Part shown: one piece after another, positions 1 through 12,562 of the stretch
Layout of the letters: every line of letters starts with the position of its first letter
Numbering within the stretch: position 1 is the first letter of the stretch
DNA from: Ascoidea asiatica JCM 7603
Taxonomy: Eukaryota > Fungi > Ascomycota
Direction: 5' to 3'
Length of the DNA stretch: 64,000 bases
NCBI GenBank assembly: GCA_001600695.1
Contig: BCKQ01000009.1
Span: 45,330 to 109,329 of the forward strand
Program-made: the position numbers and the translations under genes
The notes under the pieces: model-generated
Told to the model about the DNA's origin: nothing
Seen by the model: only the letters and a program-made list of their open reading frames with translations
Database searches by the model: none

Positions 1-848
1 TTTGAATAATTATTATAATCATTATCAGGTAAATTATAAAAAGCAGAAGGATCCATTCTTAACATATAAACTCCAGTATCAGTAAATAATTCTCTACCTA
101 AACCTACCCAATTTCTATCTACAGAACCAATAATTTGATTTGATTCATTTTTAATTTGAAAATCAAAAGATAAAAAAGGTGCATCAATTGCACCAAATTG
201 TGTATAAAAATCTGAATTTGAATCTTTATTATCAGAAAGAAATAAATTATAACGTCTTCTCCAAAAATGAAAACTTTGAATAGTTTCACCAATAATTATA
301 TTATTATTTGGTAAAATTGCTTTAATATGAGAATTTATAAAAGAAAATGGTCTTTTAATTGTTAATAATAAATTATTATTAATATCAAATATATCAACAA
401 TAAAAGGTCTATGAAGTCTAAAAATTTGTCTTTGAATTGTATTTATAATTCCTGGATCTCTTTCAGCAATTGAACCAATTAGACCACCAGAAGCATTTTG
501 AATTATATAACGATTTGCTTGTTCAAAACCCAAGAAAATATTCATCATTTCCATATTTCTTGAAATTACAAGAGTTGGTTCTGCTAAAATTGAAGCTATA
601 CCATCATAATAATTTATAACACTATTAGAATTATTCTTATGATTATGATTATTATTTGAAATATTTTCAGAAGGATAAAATGATAAATTATCAATATTAT
701 TATGTTTTAATTGATCTTTATAAGGTTTTTTATAAAATTTTTTAGGGGTGGATTTATAATTCGGAAGAGGAGAATAAAATCTTTTTGAAAGTAAAGAAAA
801 ATTTATTTGTCTTTTTAAAAAAATCTTAAAGGAATTCGAATTATACAT
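1..848 (-). CDS. AIM25: Mitochondrial phospholipid scramblase family protein (Aim25-like), 3' end truncated by the window edge; not in the ORF track
   Basis: Hand translation from ATG at 848: basic, acid-free N-terminus (MYNSNSFKIFLKRQINFSLLSKRFYS), then scramblase motifs EPTLVISRNMEMMNIFLGFEQANRY, RQIFRLHRPF, FHFWRRRYNLF, QFGAIDAPFLSFDF and VDRNWVGLGRELFTDTGVYMLRMD. The frame stays open to the window edge. Confidence 0.88.
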   Translation of the reverse strand, partial: MYNSNSFKIFLKRQINFSLLSKRFYSPLPNYKSTPKKFYKKPYKDQLKHNNIDNLSFYPSENISNNNHNHKNNSNSVINYYDGIASILAEPTLVISRNMEMMNIFLGFEQANRYIIQNASGGLIGSIAERDPGIINTIQRQIFRLHRPFIVDIFDINNNLLLTIKRPFSFINSHIKAILPNNNIIIGETIQSFHFWRRRYNLFLSDNKDSNSDFYTQFGAIDAPFLSFDFQIKNESNQIIGSVDRNWVGLGRELFTDTGVYMLRMDPSAFYNLPDNDYNNYS

Positions 849-1134
849 GAAGATAATCAAAAAAAAAAAATATGCAAATTGAAAAAACTGGTATATACGA
901 ATATACTGAATAATAATGGGAAATAGAAAATATTAAATCTTTTATTTGAAAAGAATTTGGTATATGAGAATAAAAGGGTGTAACCTTAAAGGAATTAAAC
1001 TTTAGATGAATTTGAAATAAAACCAGATCAGATAAACAGAAGTATCACAGGATAAAGAAAGTGAATAAATTGAATAGAGAGAATTGAATAAACTTGATTT
1101 ATTTGGATCTATTCTCTAAAATGATGAAAAAAAT

Positions 1135-1500
1135 ACGTCTGTTGCGATAAGCTGATACCCTCAGTAGGGTGGTGGCACTGCAGCTCAGGTGTGCTTACAT
1201 AATACCGGCAGTATGTGGCAAAGTAGATCCCACCAAAGTGGTCTCGATAGCAACAGAGCCAATCGGGAAAAAGGCAGAGCCAGGCACATGATGCGACACC
1301 TTCGAGCCCAGCGAGTCAGCTGACCGGCCCGTGAGGCGTGAAGCATCGAGAGAGTCTGTGAAATCGAGACGGTTGTCTGAGATCCAAAACGGTGCAAAAG
1401 ACGACTACGGGAATAGCTGAGTTTGAGTCATTCCCCTTGGCAGTGAAACTATGATGGTGCTTACACTAAGCTCTGGCTTACTTAAGCTGTTTTGAATAAG
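1135..1500. promoter_or_regulatory. GC-rich divergent promoter island between AIM25 and GPD
   Basis: Sharp GC rise between two head-to-head genes. Contains TTACATAA (bZIP-type), TGAGTCA (AP-1/Gcn4-type, ~1424) and CCCCT (STRE, ~1433). Confidence 0.5.
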
Positions 1501-2018
1501 TGTGGTACCCCTCTTATACATCAGTCTCCTTTATTTTTGATCACAAGACTTTGAGAACTATTCCAAGACTTTTCTGACTTTTCTGACTTTTCACAACTTT
1601 TCACAACTTTTCTCAGACATTCAACAAAAAATCGATAACCGAATTTTGTTCGTTGAAAAATCGAATAATTTGCAGATGAATGAAAATATTTAAAAATTCC
1701 TAGATTCAAATCTTAATTTTTCTATATTCTCTTCCAAATCACTTATCACTTCCATTTCAAGCTCTCTTTTTCCATAAGTAAAGTCAATAAGCATAATAAT
1801 TTTAATAGTGAAAATAAATTCAATCACAATCACAATCATATTCATCATACTACTACAAAAAATACCACATTTACTTTAATTTCCAATTGGTTCAACATAC
1901 TTTTAGTCATAAATTTTTTATATATTATTATATTATAATATATTAAATATTCAGTTTTCATTATATCTATATATTCATATATATATATATATATATATAT
2001 CTAGTATATATTAAGTAA

Positions 2019-3266
2019 ATGACAATAAATTTCAAAACTTATAATTCTTTATCTATATTCAAAAAATTCAATTCATATTATTATAAATCAATTTTCTTAA
2101 AAATGTCTTCTCATGAAATTGCAACTCAAAGATTAGCTCAAATTGGTAATATTTTATCACCAAATAAAAATTTTTCATCATCTTCAACATCTCCAATTAA
2201 ACCTTTTAAAATTACTGTTATTGGTTCTGGTAATTGGGGTACTACAATTGCAAAAGTTTTAGCTGAAAATGCTGCTCTTAGACCACATTTATTTCAAAGA
2301 AAAGTTAATATGTGGGTTTATGAAGAAAAAATTAATGGAAAAAATTTAACAGAGATAATTAATAATGATAATGAAAATGTTAAATATTTACCTGGTATAA
2401 AATTACCAAAAAATTTATTTGCAGAACCTGATATTGTAAAAGCTGTTAATGATGTTGATTTATTAGTTTTTAATATACCTCATCAATTTCTTGCAAGAAT
2501 TTGTAAACAATTAAAAGGTAAAGTTCCAAAAAAAGCAAGAGCAATTTCTTGTTTAAAAGGTTTAGATGTAACCCCAGATGGTTGTAATTTATTATCAACT
2601 TATATAACTCAAAATTTAGGTATATATTGTGGTGCATTATCTGGTGCAAATTTAGCTCCAGAAGTTGCAAAACAAAAATGGTCTGAAACAACTGTTGCTT
2701 ATGATTTACCACAAGATTTTAGAGGTCCTGGTAAAGATATTGATCAAATTGTTTTAAAACAAGCTTTTCATAGACCTTATTTTCATGTTAGAGTTATAAA
2801 TGATGTTGCTGGCGTTTCAATTGCTGGTGCTTTAAAAAATATTGTTGCTTTATCTGTTGGTTTTGTTGAAGGTTTAGGTTGGGGTGATAATGCTAAAGCT
2901 GCAATTATGAGAGTTGGTTTAATGGAAATTGTTAAATTTGGTAAAATATTTTTTCCTGATTCAAATCCAGATACTTTTACAGTTGAATCTGCAGGTGTTG
3001 CAGATTTAATTACAACTTGTTCAGGTGGTAGAAATGTTAAAGTTGGTAGATATATGGCAAAAACTGGTAAAAGTGCTTTAGAAGTTGAAAAGGAATTATT
3101 AAATGGTCAATCTGCTCAAGGAATAATCACCGCTAAAGAAGTACATGAATTATTAAAAAATAAAAATAAAACTTCAGAATTTCCTCTTTTTGAAGCTACT
3201 TATCAAATAGTTTATGGAACTGAATCAATGGAAAGTCTTCCTGAACTACTAGAACAACTTGAATAA
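2019..3266 (+). CDS. GPD1: NAD-dependent glycerol-3-phosphate dehydrogenase (Gpd1/Gpd2 family); second in-frame ATG at 2103
   Basis: Motifs ITVIGSGNWGTTIAK, ENVKYLPG, LSGANLAPEVA, AGALKNIVA, ESAGVADLITTCSGGRN and LLNGQSAQG. GPD1 versus GPD2 orthology is not resolvable by eye. Confidence 0.95.
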   Translation: MTINFKTYNSLSIFKKFNSYYYKSIFLKMSSHEIATQRLAQIGNILSPNKNFSSSSTSPIKPFKITVIGSGNWGTTIAKVLAENAALRPHLFQRKVNMWVYEEKINGKNLTEIINNDNENVKYLPGIKLPKNLFAEPDIVKAVNDVDLLVFNIPHQFLARICKQLKGKVPKKARAISCLKGLDVTPDGCNLLSTYITQNLGIYCGALSGANLAPEVAKQKWSETTVAYDLPQDFRGPGKDIDQIVLKQAFHRPYFHVRVINDVAGVSIAGALKNIVALSVGFVEGLGWGDNAKAAIMRVGLMEIVKFGKIFFPDSNPDTFTVESAGVADLITTCSGGRNVKVGRYMAKTGKSALEVEKELLNGQSAQGIITAKEVHELLKNKNKTSEFPLFEATYQIVYGTESMESLPELLEQLE

Positions 3267-3470
3267 GTATATTCAACCAACATAATCTCATTCTAAAATC
3301 AATTTTATCTTCTATACAGTATATAATCTTCATTCTTTAATATTCTTTTAATATTACTCTATTCTTTAATCATTATTTAATTTTTATTTGTAAATCTCAT
3401 ATAATAACTTTGAGGTGGTCCCGTGTATCAGGTCTCATTTACTCACATGTTCCAGTACTAATTATTTTCC

Positions 3471-3476
3471 ACGCGT
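3471..3476. promoter_or_regulatory. MCB element (ACGCGT) upstream of MPS1
   Basis: Perfect MluI cell-cycle box in an AT-rich promoter of a cell-cycle kinase gene. Confidence 0.45.
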
Positions 3477-3924
3477 TATTCCTTGCTTGTTTACTTTTTT
3501 GTCTTTTGCTTCACTGCTTCACTGCTTCATCCAAATGATAATGCTCCTGCTAATCTTAATACTGCAATGTGATTTCAGATTCTTGATTTCTTATTTCTGA
3601 TTTCACAGTCCTCAAACTTGATTTTATTCAAATTCAGATATAAAAACAATTACTTCAATCACAATCACAATCTCAGTAGTATTAATCATCCACTCTATAC
3701 TTTCTTTTAAAAACAATCAATCAGGTTATCAAAAGTAATAACTTCATAACTGACTTCTAATTAATCTACTTTAATCATTCACTATTCACTTATGATTCTT
3801 TTTTTTATTCTATAACATCTCTATTTTTCAATATTAAATTCTCTTTAATCAATCTTTATGTCAAAATTAAAATAAATATAGAATATATAATATATAATAT
3901 ATATCTTAGAGAGATTAATAAAAT

Positions 3925-6273
3925 ATGCAAAGTTTGAATTTACCTTCAAATTTTGATTTATCAGATGATTCAGATGATGATACTATTTATCAAAAACTTA
4001 GTAAATATGGTGTAGCGACTTTAAGAGCTTTAAAATCTGAAGAAGAAAATAAAATTCATAATGATAAAATTAATAAAATCGACAATAATAGTAGTAATGA
4101 TAAGGATAATAATAGTCAGGATATTGAAAATAATCTGAGTAATAAAAATATTAAAGACATTGAAACTACTCCTACCAATCAATCCAATCAGTCTAATCAA
4201 TCAAACCATTCCAATCAATTTCAATATGTGAATCAATCAAATTATTTAAATAGAAATAATCAATTCAATCAAAATAATTCAAGCACTCAAAATATCTCAA
4301 ATACCCCAAATATTCCAATTACTTCAAGTATTTCAAATATTTCAAATAATCAAAGAAATCAAAATTCCATAGATCCAAAAATAATACATTTCAATCTTAA
4401 TACTCAACCAACAATAAATTCAACTTTTCAAAGAAATCTGAATGATAATCAAGATTCTCAATTTAATCCAAATAATGCAACTACAATTAATAGTAATAAT
4501 ATTATGGATTTTAATTCATATTCAAATGAAAATACAAAAGCAACTACTCTTACGGTAACTAAAAAAGAAAAGGATACTCAAAAATCACTAAATCAATCTC
4601 AGTCTCAATCACAATCACAATCCCAATCACTGTCACAGTCGCAATTCAAACCTAGTAATAGTGCAAATGGTTCAACTGATTCTTCAAGAAAAAATATATC
4701 TTCCTTCTCTTCTAAAAAAAATTTAGGTATTCCACAAAGAATTACTGATAATATTCAAAATCAATCTTTACAAAGTTCTGAAAATGATGTGATAATGACT
4801 CCTGTAAATAATAAAGTTAAAAATATTGAGAATTTCACTAATATCGATGATCCTAATAATATCAATAATATAAATAATATCAGTGATTTAAATAATATGA
4901 ATAAGATAAACAGTATTGATAATATTGATAATATTGAAAATGAAATATATAATCAATCTGATAAATTCTTTCAAAAAAAAAATAGTGACATAAATTTAAA
5001 TTTTAATTATAATAATTCAATGGAAAGGTTTGGCTCAAAATTTAATCATTCAAGAAAATCTTTAACAGGTAAATCAAATATTTTAAATTTAAATAATGAT
5101 AGAACTCCAATGAATAAACAATCTAGAAGAATTAGTTTAAAAAGAATGGAAATTGTATCTCCTTCAGTTTTAACTTCTACTCCAAAAGATAAACCAAAAA
5201 CAAGATCTTCTTATGAAAAACAACCAGAAATTTCTAATATAAATTTATCTCAAAAAAGATCCTCATCATATTCTTTTAATGATACTTTAGAGGTAAATAA
5301 TTCTCTTTATGAAATTTTAGGAAAACTTGGAAAAGGTGGATCTTCAGTTGTATATAAAGTAAAATCAAAAAATAATAAAGTTTATGCAATTAAAAAAGTT
5401 TCTTTAGATACTGTTGATAAAGCAATTGTTAAAGGTTATAAAGGAGAAATCGGATTATTACTTAAATTAAGAAACTATGATAGAGTTGTAAAATTAGTTG
5501 ATTATAATATAAGCTCATTCTTTCTTTTTTTAGTCATGGAATGTGGTGATATTGATTTAGCCAGTGTTTTATCTCAACGATTAAAAGAACCTTTAGATGT
5601 TGAATTTGTTAGATTTCATACTAAAGAAATGTTAGAATGTGTTCAAGCTGTCCATTCAGCTGGTGTAGTTCATTCGGATTTAAAACCTGCTAATTTTTTA
5701 TTTGTAAAAGGAAAACTTAAATTAATTGATTTTGGAATTGCAAATGCAGTTCCAGATCATACAGTTAATATTTATAGAGATAATCAAATTGGTACATTAA
5801 ACTATATGGCACCAGAAACATTATTAGATGATAAAATTTCTTCTTCCACTCATAGTTCTACATGGAAGGTTGGAAAACCTTCAGATGTTTGGTCATGTGG
5901 ATGCATTTTGTACCAAATGATATATGGAAAACCACCTTATGCTCATCTTGAAGGTACTAAAAGAATTCTTGCAATAATCAATCCAGAAGTTAAAGTATCA
6001 TTTCCAGAAAAATCTACAGGTGATATATATGTTCCAAGATCTGCTATAGCGACAATGAAAGCTTGTTTTAATAGAAATCCTAATGATCGATGGACTGCAG
6101 AACAAATTTTAAATGGTCCATTCCTTAAGCCTACAGTAATAACGAAAGAGTTTTTAAAATATTTACTAGAAAGTACAATTGAATATAGCGCAAAACATCC
6201 AGATCTTGGAAAACAAACAATTGATTTCTTAGTTGATGATGTTTGGGAAAAGCTTCCTGGTTTTCACTATTGA
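3925..6273 (+). CDS. MPS1: Mps1/TTK dual-specificity spindle-checkpoint kinase with a long N/Q/S-rich N-terminus
   Basis: Motifs LGKGGSSVVYKV, YKGEIGLL, VMECGDIDL, VHSDLKPANFLFVKG, IDFGIANA, QIGTLNYMAPE and KVGKPSDVWSCGCILYQM. Convergent with ARP2, as in S. cerevisiae. Confidence 0.95.
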   Translation: MQSLNLPSNFDLSDDSDDDTIYQKLSKYGVATLRALKSEEENKIHNDKINKIDNNSSNDKDNNSQDIENNLSNKNIKDIETTPTNQSNQSNQSNHSNQFQYVNQSNYLNRNNQFNQNNSSTQNISNTPNIPITSSISNISNNQRNQNSIDPKIIHFNLNTQPTINSTFQRNLNDNQDSQFNPNNATTINSNNIMDFNSYSNENTKATTLTVTKKEKDTQKSLNQSQSQSQSQSQSLSQSQFKPSNSANGSTDSSRKNISSFSSKKNLGIPQRITDNIQNQSLQSSENDVIMTPVNNKVKNIENFTNIDDPNNINNINNISDLNNMNKINSIDNIDNIENEIYNQSDKFFQKKNSDINLNFNYNNSMERFGSKFNHSRKSLTGKSNILNLNNDRTPMNKQSRRISLKRMEIVSPSVLTSTPKDKPKTRSSYEKQPEISNINLSQKRSSSYSFNDTLEVNNSLYEILGKLGKGGSSVVYKVKSKNNKVYAIKKVSLDTVDKAIVKGYKGEIGLLLKLRNYDRVVKLVDYNISSFFLFLVMECGDIDLASVLSQRLKEPLDVEFVRFHTKEMLECVQAVHSAGVVHSDLKPANFLFVKGKLKLIDFGIANAVPDHTVNIYRDNQIGTLNYMAPETLLDDKISSSTHSSTWKVGKPSDVWSCGCILYQMIYGKPPYAHLEGTKRILAIINPEVKVSFPEKSTGDIYVPRSAIATMKACFNRNPNDRWTAEQILNGPFLKPTVITKEFLKYLLESTIEYSAKHPDLGKQTIDFLVDDVWEKLPGFHY

Positions 6274-6734
6274 GTCTTTTAAATGAGCTTTTTTTTTTTT
6301 ATTTTTTGGCATTTTTTTAAGTATAAAATGATTTTATCAATTATGTATATTAGTCTCTTCTTTATTTTATTTTTTTTTTTGAAATCTCATTTTTTTTTTG
6401 TGTAAATTTTGAAATTTTTTTATATTTTGTTATATGATTTTACATTTTTTTGGTTTTTTTTTACCTTTTATCAAAAGTCTCTCGAATGAAAGGAGATTTT
6501 TTTTTTTGCATGAAAAACTAAAATATTTCAAAAATCTGCATTTCTTCCATTAAATAAACTTATTTATGTTCAATTATGATAATATAATAATTGTGTAGTG
6601 TATATATTTTTGATTTTTTTTTGACTTTTTTTTGTGTTAAAATTGAAATGGATTGGTTTTTTTTTATTGAACAAAAGTGAAATACATTATTTATATGAAT
6701 ATATATAAATATATAATATGTTTTGATGGAATAA

Positions 6735-7931
6735 TTATCTTGGACCAAATTTAGATTGTAAAACTCTTGGACCTTGCTCTTCCCATTCTTGTTTTGTTAA
6801 CCACATATGATCTTTATCAGCCATTATATTTGCCAATACAGCACCCCCTATAAAAACCATATGTCTTCTTCTTGGAGGATCTTCAATTCTTACTTTAAAT
6901 TTAGATAATCTATCTGGATCATTATTAAGTACTCTAGTATACCATAATTGTTTCAATTCTTTTTCTAGTCTTGAAGGTAAACCAGGATACATACTTGAAC
7001 CACCAGATAATACAATTGATTTAAATAAAGTACTTCTTATATCAACATCACAAGATTGAATTGTATTAAATAAAGCTTCACCCATTCCAGGTTGTTCAAC
7101 ATCTATTAAATTTGGTTGAAATAAACATTCAGGAGCTTCAAATCTTTCAGAACCAATTTTTATTATACGACCATCAGGTAATTCATAATTTTCTACTAAC
7201 ACAGTTGTATCTTGAGCTAAATTAGTATCAAAATCTAAATCATAAGATATATAACACAATTTTTCTTTAATTTGTCTAATTGTTTCAAAATCTGCAGTTC
7301 TATTAAAGGCATAACCTCTTCTTAATAATAAATTAATTAAATTTCTAGTTACATCTCTACCAGCAATATCAATTCTTTTTGTTTGATGATTTAATACAAC
7401 AGAATCATAAACAGGAACAATATGAGTTACTCCATCACCGGAATCTACAACAACCCCAGAAGATAAACCTTGAGCATATAAAGCTAAAACAGCTTGAATT
7501 GCAACATAAACACCACCAAATTGATAATTTTCAAGCATTATTTCACACATTTTTTCTCTATTTTTTAAAGGATTCATTGGTGGTTCAGTTAAGAGTATTT
7601 TTTTACCAGTTGGATCAATTTTCATTTTTTCATAAAATGAATAATTCCATAAATATTGCATATCATCCCAATTTTTAATTATACCATTTTCCATAGGATA
7701 GGAAATTTGTAATAATGATCTAATTTTTTGAGCTTCATTACCACACATTATATCTTTCAATTCAATATTTTTTAAATCATTTAATATTGAGGAAGAAATT
7801 GAACTTTCTTCAGCTCTAAGTATTGGTCTACCGACAATTGATGGAAAAGTATAATCAGGAAAATTAGTTCCACCATAACCAATTTTAACAAAACCAGTTC
7901 CCTGATCAAGAACAATGGGCTGACCAGACAT
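6735..7931 (-). CDS. ARP2: Actin-related protein 2
   Basis: Motifs [52 protein letters not shown] and [20 protein letters not shown]. Complete and intronless. Confidence 0.97.
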   Translation of the reverse strand: MSGQPIVLDQGTGFVKIGYGGTNFPDYTFPSIVGRPILRAEESSISSSILNDLKNIELKDIMCGNEAQKIRSLLQISYPMENGIIKNWDDMQYLWNYSFYEKMKIDPTGKKILLTEPPMNPLKNREKMCEIMLENYQFGGVYVAIQAVLALYAQGLSSGVVVDSGDGVTHIVPVYDSVVLNHQTKRIDIAGRDVTRNLINLLLRRGYAFNRTADFETIRQIKEKLCYISYDLDFDTNLAQDTTVLVENYELPDGRIIKIGSERFEAPECLFQPNLIDVEQPGMGEALFNTIQSCDVDIRSTLFKSIVLSGGSSMYPGLPSRLEKELKQLWYTRVLNNDPDRLSKFKVRIEDPPRRRHMVFIGGAVLANIMADKDHMWLTKQEWEEQGPRVLQSKFGPR

Positions 7932-8371
7932 TTTTTTTAAAATTGAATATATATCTATGAATCAATGAAAGGAATTAATTGATAAGAAAATGGATTATAA
8001 TCCACTACAGTACTAGTATTTCAAGAAGTATTGATGTCTATATTAGTATATCGAAATCAAAACACCTCATACCGTCCTAAACAATAGTTCTTTCATTAAT
8101 ATGCTTGCCGTACGTAGTATTACTACACTATTATTATTATTATGGGACTGGAGTTCAATAATTTAATATGACAAAGAACTCAATAATAATAACTATTGCA
8201 GTGATTGTAAAAGTGATACTTTTCCGTATTTATGAACTGAACCAAGAACAACCCCTAACAAGATCACATGACACAAGAGACCCTTATAAATGGTCTTTGC
8301 TGTTTTATTACCCTGCTGTAATTGTAGAACCAAGTGGCTTATGGATGTGGCACTGAATAGTTTCTTGTGGC

Positions 8372-8530
8372 GACGTGTCATTTCTCAATTACATGGTTTA
8401 TTTTTCCGCAATACTATCCTGTCCGCATGAAATGCTTCCATGGGTGTTCTTTGGATCTATTTTCAATACTTCGAATGCTTCGATGTCCTTCTATTCACGC
8501 CACATAAACCGCCACGTAACTTCCGCCACG
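8372..8530. promoter_or_regulatory. Candidate unfolded-protein-response (Hac1-type) elements upstream of KAR2
   Basis: GACGTGTCA at 8372-8380 and three CGCCAC(G) copies at 8498, 8510 and 8524. The 8510 copy is CGCCACGTA, which contains TACGTG on the minus strand. Confidence 0.5.
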
Positions 8531-9034
8531 CAAGCAGATCTGGGAAGTGAACGTTGATCTTTCTTTCAACAGCTTCCAGCTCTTCTTCTGTTTGAGCTCA
8601 GTTCTTTTTCATTAAACTCCACCGTGTTAACTTAAGTTACCGCTGCAAAAATCACTGTATTTACCGCTATTACACTTTTCGACTTCTAACACTTGTTCAC
8701 CTCTTACGTATGTGTGTATTAAGTATCACATCTCAATTTATTTCACTCTGAAAAGACCATATAAGCGCTGTGATTTCTACCAGAACTTCATCTTCTTCAC
8801 CTTCTTTTTCTTCTTCTTCTTTAACTTATTTTAATTCAATTATACAACTATTCTTATTCTTTATTCTTTTTTTTTTTAATTGAATTATTATTATATATTC
8901 ATTATCAAATTTCTAATTTAATTTTTAAGATTTCACCATTTTAAGATTTAATATTTAATATTTGTTTATAAGAAAAAGAAAAAGTAAAAAAATCAACAAA
9001 AAAAAAAAAAAAAATCAAATTTTTTTTTTTAAAA

Positions 9035-11098
9035 ATGTTAAAACATAATTTTTTTAGTAGATCTTCGATAATAATCTTATTATCATTAGTTTATGCATTT
9101 TTCTTAATTAATTTAATTCAATCACCTTCAATAGTTAATGCAGATGATGATAATTCAAATGATGTTCAAAATTATGGATCCGTTATAGGTATTGATTTAG
9201 GTACAACTTATTCATGTGTTGGTGTAATGAAAAAAGGTAAAGTTGAAATTCTTGCCAATGATCAAGGTCATAGAATTACTCCTTCATATGTTGCATTTAC
9301 TGATGATGAAAGATTAATTGGTGATTCTGCCAAAAATCAAGCTTCTTCAAATCCAAATAATACAATTTTTTCAATTAAACGTTTTATTGGTTTAAAATCT
9401 AATGATAAAAGTGTTAAAAAGGATATAAAATCAGTACCTTATAAAGTTATTGATAAAGATGATAAACCAACTGTTCAAGTTAAATATCAAAATGAATTAA
9501 AAGATTTTTCTGCTGAAGAAATTTCAAGTATGATTTTATCAAAAATGAAATCAATTGCAGAAGATTATTTAGGTGAAAAAGTAACACATGCTGTTGTAAC
9601 AGTTCCAGCATATTTTAATGATGCTCAAAGACAAGCAACAAAAGATGCAGGTCAAATTGCAGGTTTAAATGTTTTAAGAATTGTTAATGAACCAACTGCC
9701 GCAGCTATTGCTTATGGATTAGATAAAACTGATGGTGAACGTCAAATTATTGTTTATGATTTAGGTGGAGGTACTTTTGATGTATCATTATTATCAATTG
9801 AAGGTGGTGTATTTGAAGTTTTAGCAACTGCAGGTGATACTCATTTAGGTGGTGAAGATTTTGATTTTAGATTAGTTAAATATTTTGTTAAAATGTTTAA
9901 AAAGAAAAATAATATTGATTTAACAAATAATTCAAAAGCAATTGCAAAATTAAAGAGAGAAGCAGAAAATGCTAAAAGAACTTTATCATCTCAATTAAGT
10001 ACAAAAATTTCAATAGAATCAATTTATGAAAATTTAGATTTTGAATATACTTTAACAAGAGCTAAATTTGAAGAAATTAATCTTGAAATGTTTAAAAAAA
10101 CTTTAAAACCTGTTGATAAAGTACTTAAAGATGCAGGTGTTTCTAAAGATGAAATTGATGATATTGTTTTAGTTGGTGGTTCAACAAGAATTCCAAAAGT
10201 TCAAGAATTATTAGAAAAATATTTTAATAAAAAAGCTTCAAAAGGTATTAATCCAGATGAAGCTGTTGCATATGGAGCAGCAGTTCAAGCAGGTATTTTA
10301 AGTGGTCAAGGTGGTACTGAAGATATTGTTTTATTAGATGTTAATCCATTAACTCTTGGTATTGAAACAACAGGTGGTGTAATGACTAAATTAATTAAAA
10401 GAAATACACCAATTCCAACTAAGAAATCTCAAATTTTTTCAACAGCCGCAGATAATCAACCAACAGTACTTATTCAAGTTTATGAAGGTGAAAGAACAAT
10501 GGCAAAAGATAATAATTTATTAGGTAAATTTGAATTAAATGGTATACCACCAGCACCAAGAGGTGTTCCACAAATTGAAGTTACATTTAATTTAGATGCT
10601 AATGGAATTTTAAAAGTTTCAGCCACTGATAAAGGTACTGGAAAATCTGAATCTATAACAATTACAAATGATAAAGGTAGATTATCAGATGAAGAAATTG
10701 AAAAAATGATTAAAGATGCAGAAACATTTGCAGAAGCTGATAAATTATTAAAAGAAAAAATTGAAACTAGAAATCAATTAGAAAATTATTGTACATCTTT
10801 AAGAAATCAAATTAATGATGATTCAGAAACTGGTTTAGGTAATAAATTAGAAGAAGATGATAAAGAAACATTAAATGATGCAGTTAAAGATACTTTAGAA
10901 TGGTTGGAAGAAAATTTTGAAACTGCAACTAAAGAAGAATTTGAAGAAGAAAAAGAAAAATTATCTAAGATTGCTTATCCAATAACTTCTAAATTATATG
11001 GTGGATCACCAGGAGGTCCTCCACCACCATCAGGTTCAGATAATGAAGATGATGATGATGATGAAGAAGATGATTTCTTTGATCATGATGAACTATGA
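9035..11098 (+). CDS. KAR2: ER Hsp70 chaperone BiP
   Basis: Signal peptide, motifs [26 protein letters not shown] and [14 protein letters not shown], and C-terminal HDEL. Confidence 0.98.
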   Translation: MLKHNFFSRSSIIILLSLVYAFFLINLIQSPSIVNADDDNSNDVQNYGSVIGIDLGTTYSCVGVMKKGKVEILANDQGHRITPSYVAFTDDERLIGDSAKNQASSNPNNTIFSIKRFIGLKSNDKSVKKDIKSVPYKVIDKDDKPTVQVKYQNELKDFSAEEISSMILSKMKSIAEDYLGEKVTHAVVTVPAYFNDAQRQATKDAGQIAGLNVLRIVNEPTAAAIAYGLDKTDGERQIIVYDLGGGTFDVSLLSIEGGVFEVLATAGDTHLGGEDFDFRLVKYFVKMFKKKNNIDLTNNSKAIAKLKREAENAKRTLSSQLSTKISIESIYENLDFEYTLTRAKFEEINLEMFKKTLKPVDKVLKDAGVSKDEIDDIVLVGGSTRIPKVQELLEKYFNKKASKGINPDEAVAYGAAVQAGILSGQGGTEDIVLLDVNPLTLGIETTGGVMTKLIKRNTPIPTKKSQIFSTAADNQPTVLIQVYEGERTMAKDNNLLGKFELNGIPPAPRGVPQIEVTFNLDANGILKVSATDKGTGKSESITITNDKGRLSDEEIEKMIKDAETFAEADKLLKEKIETRNQLENYCTSLRNQINDDSETGLGNKLEEDDKETLNDAVKDTLEWLEENFETATKEEFEEEKEKLSKIAYPITSKLYGGSPGGPPPPSGSDNEDDDDDEEDDFFDHDEL

Positions 11099-11879
11099 GC
11101 AAATTGTTTTTTTTCTTATTCTTGGTATAGTTTTGTTCTTTTTTATCGGTTGTATATGTATAAAAATTTTTGTTAAATAAATATAAAAATTTAAATAAAA
11201 ATTAGAAATTTAAGTAAATTATAAAAGATTTCAAATAATTATAAATATTAATTATGTAATCGGTTTAAAGTCCTATTTACCAGAACAGTGGGTCAAGTTA
11301 GGGCTTTATCAAATTTTACCAACGATGCGGATCAAATGTTTTATATCAAACACGGAGACGAAGGCCCTCAAATTGGTAAATAGTTGCGTGGAAAACAAAT
11401 GGCAAAACAATTAAGATTATGATTGCTATTGGCGGTAGTGACTGCAAGCAGCGTGACGATAATAACCTCGCCGAAAGGTCTCTAGTTTGAGTTGTGGTTT
11501 GAAATAAGTGAAACTTTCATCAGTTTGTTTTGTAATCTGGTGTGAATAATTTCCAAGTTAAAAAAGGAATAATTATGAAATGATAATAATTTTAGATTAG
11601 AAATCATGAAAGAAAAGTAAAAGAAAATGAAAAAAAAGAAAGAGATAGAAAAAAAAGGAAAAGAGAAAGAGAAAGAGAAAGAGAAAGAGAAAGAAAAAAG
11701 AATTTCTTTTCGGGTTTTAAAAAGAAAAATTTTTTTTTTTTGTTTTGAGGAAGAATATTACTAAACTAAAAATATAAAAATTTATTCGAATTTGTTCGAG
11801 ATTGTTCAAGATTGTTCGAAATTCTTTTGAAGATCCTTTTTGATGTTCTTTTTTTAAGATTGTTTACAGTGTTTTAGAC

Positions 11880-12345
11880 CCAAAAATAAAGCAGGGTGAA
11901 CATTCGTGACCGGGTAACGGCAGTTAGCACGGCGCATCCAAGGTCGGTTTGAAAATGAAGTAGTACCTCGGAATACTCTGAATACTTATTTTATGGTAAT
12001 ACCGTGCACATGATTATACCCGGATATCCTGTTGAAAGACATTGAACCGGCGACTAGAGCCAGAGATAAACAAACCACGGGCCAGGAGCGCGCGGGTGTG
12101 CCTGGCAGTGCGCCTCCATGCGCGCCCGGTAAACAAAGAACGCCAACGTTGCCGGTCTCAGCCCCAGTCTCGGGGCTGGCAGCACCAAGTTCAGCGCCAA
12201 GTTCAGCAAGCTCACCGCAGATTCCAGCGATCTCACAACAACAAAAGCCTCCGGTTGGGATGGAAAACCAGCGTGAAGCCATTGCTGCTTCGATCCCTTG
12301 GTTTGCTTTGATAAGAAATGCGCTTGTCCAGATACGGTATAAATA
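11880..12345 (+). promoter_or_regulatory. GC-rich promoter island with a Reb1-type site and TATA box for the small stress gene at 12563
   Basis: CCGGGTAA at 11910-11917, TATAAATA at 12338-12345, followed by a pyrimidine-rich leader. Confidence 0.55.
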
Positions 12346-12562
12346 CTCCTGCACTTCCTTCTTTTTATTTTATATTTTACTTCTCTTTTATTTTTTTTTT
12401 TTTTTTTTCTCTTTTTATTATCAATCATATTAATTACAATCTTATAGATATCATTCGCTATAAATCAATAAATCAATAAATCAATCAAATAGAACTTCAT
12501 AGTTATACTATTATTACTTATACATTTTTTAATTAAATTAAATTTCATAAATCATATTCAAA

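Noticed and set aside
1185-1709. Short ORFs 1185-1397 and 1521-1709
   Set aside because: Non-ATG starts inside a GC-rich promoter or tandem repeats, with no recognisable protein features.
8708-8713. GTATGT upstream of KAR2
   Set aside because: No TACTAAC-type branch point downstream before the ATG.
11986-12433. Four overlapping 89-133 aa ORFs on both strands
   Set aside because: By-product of low stop-codon density in a GC island. Codon usage is unlike real genes here, and the island is explained as the promoter of the 12563 gene.
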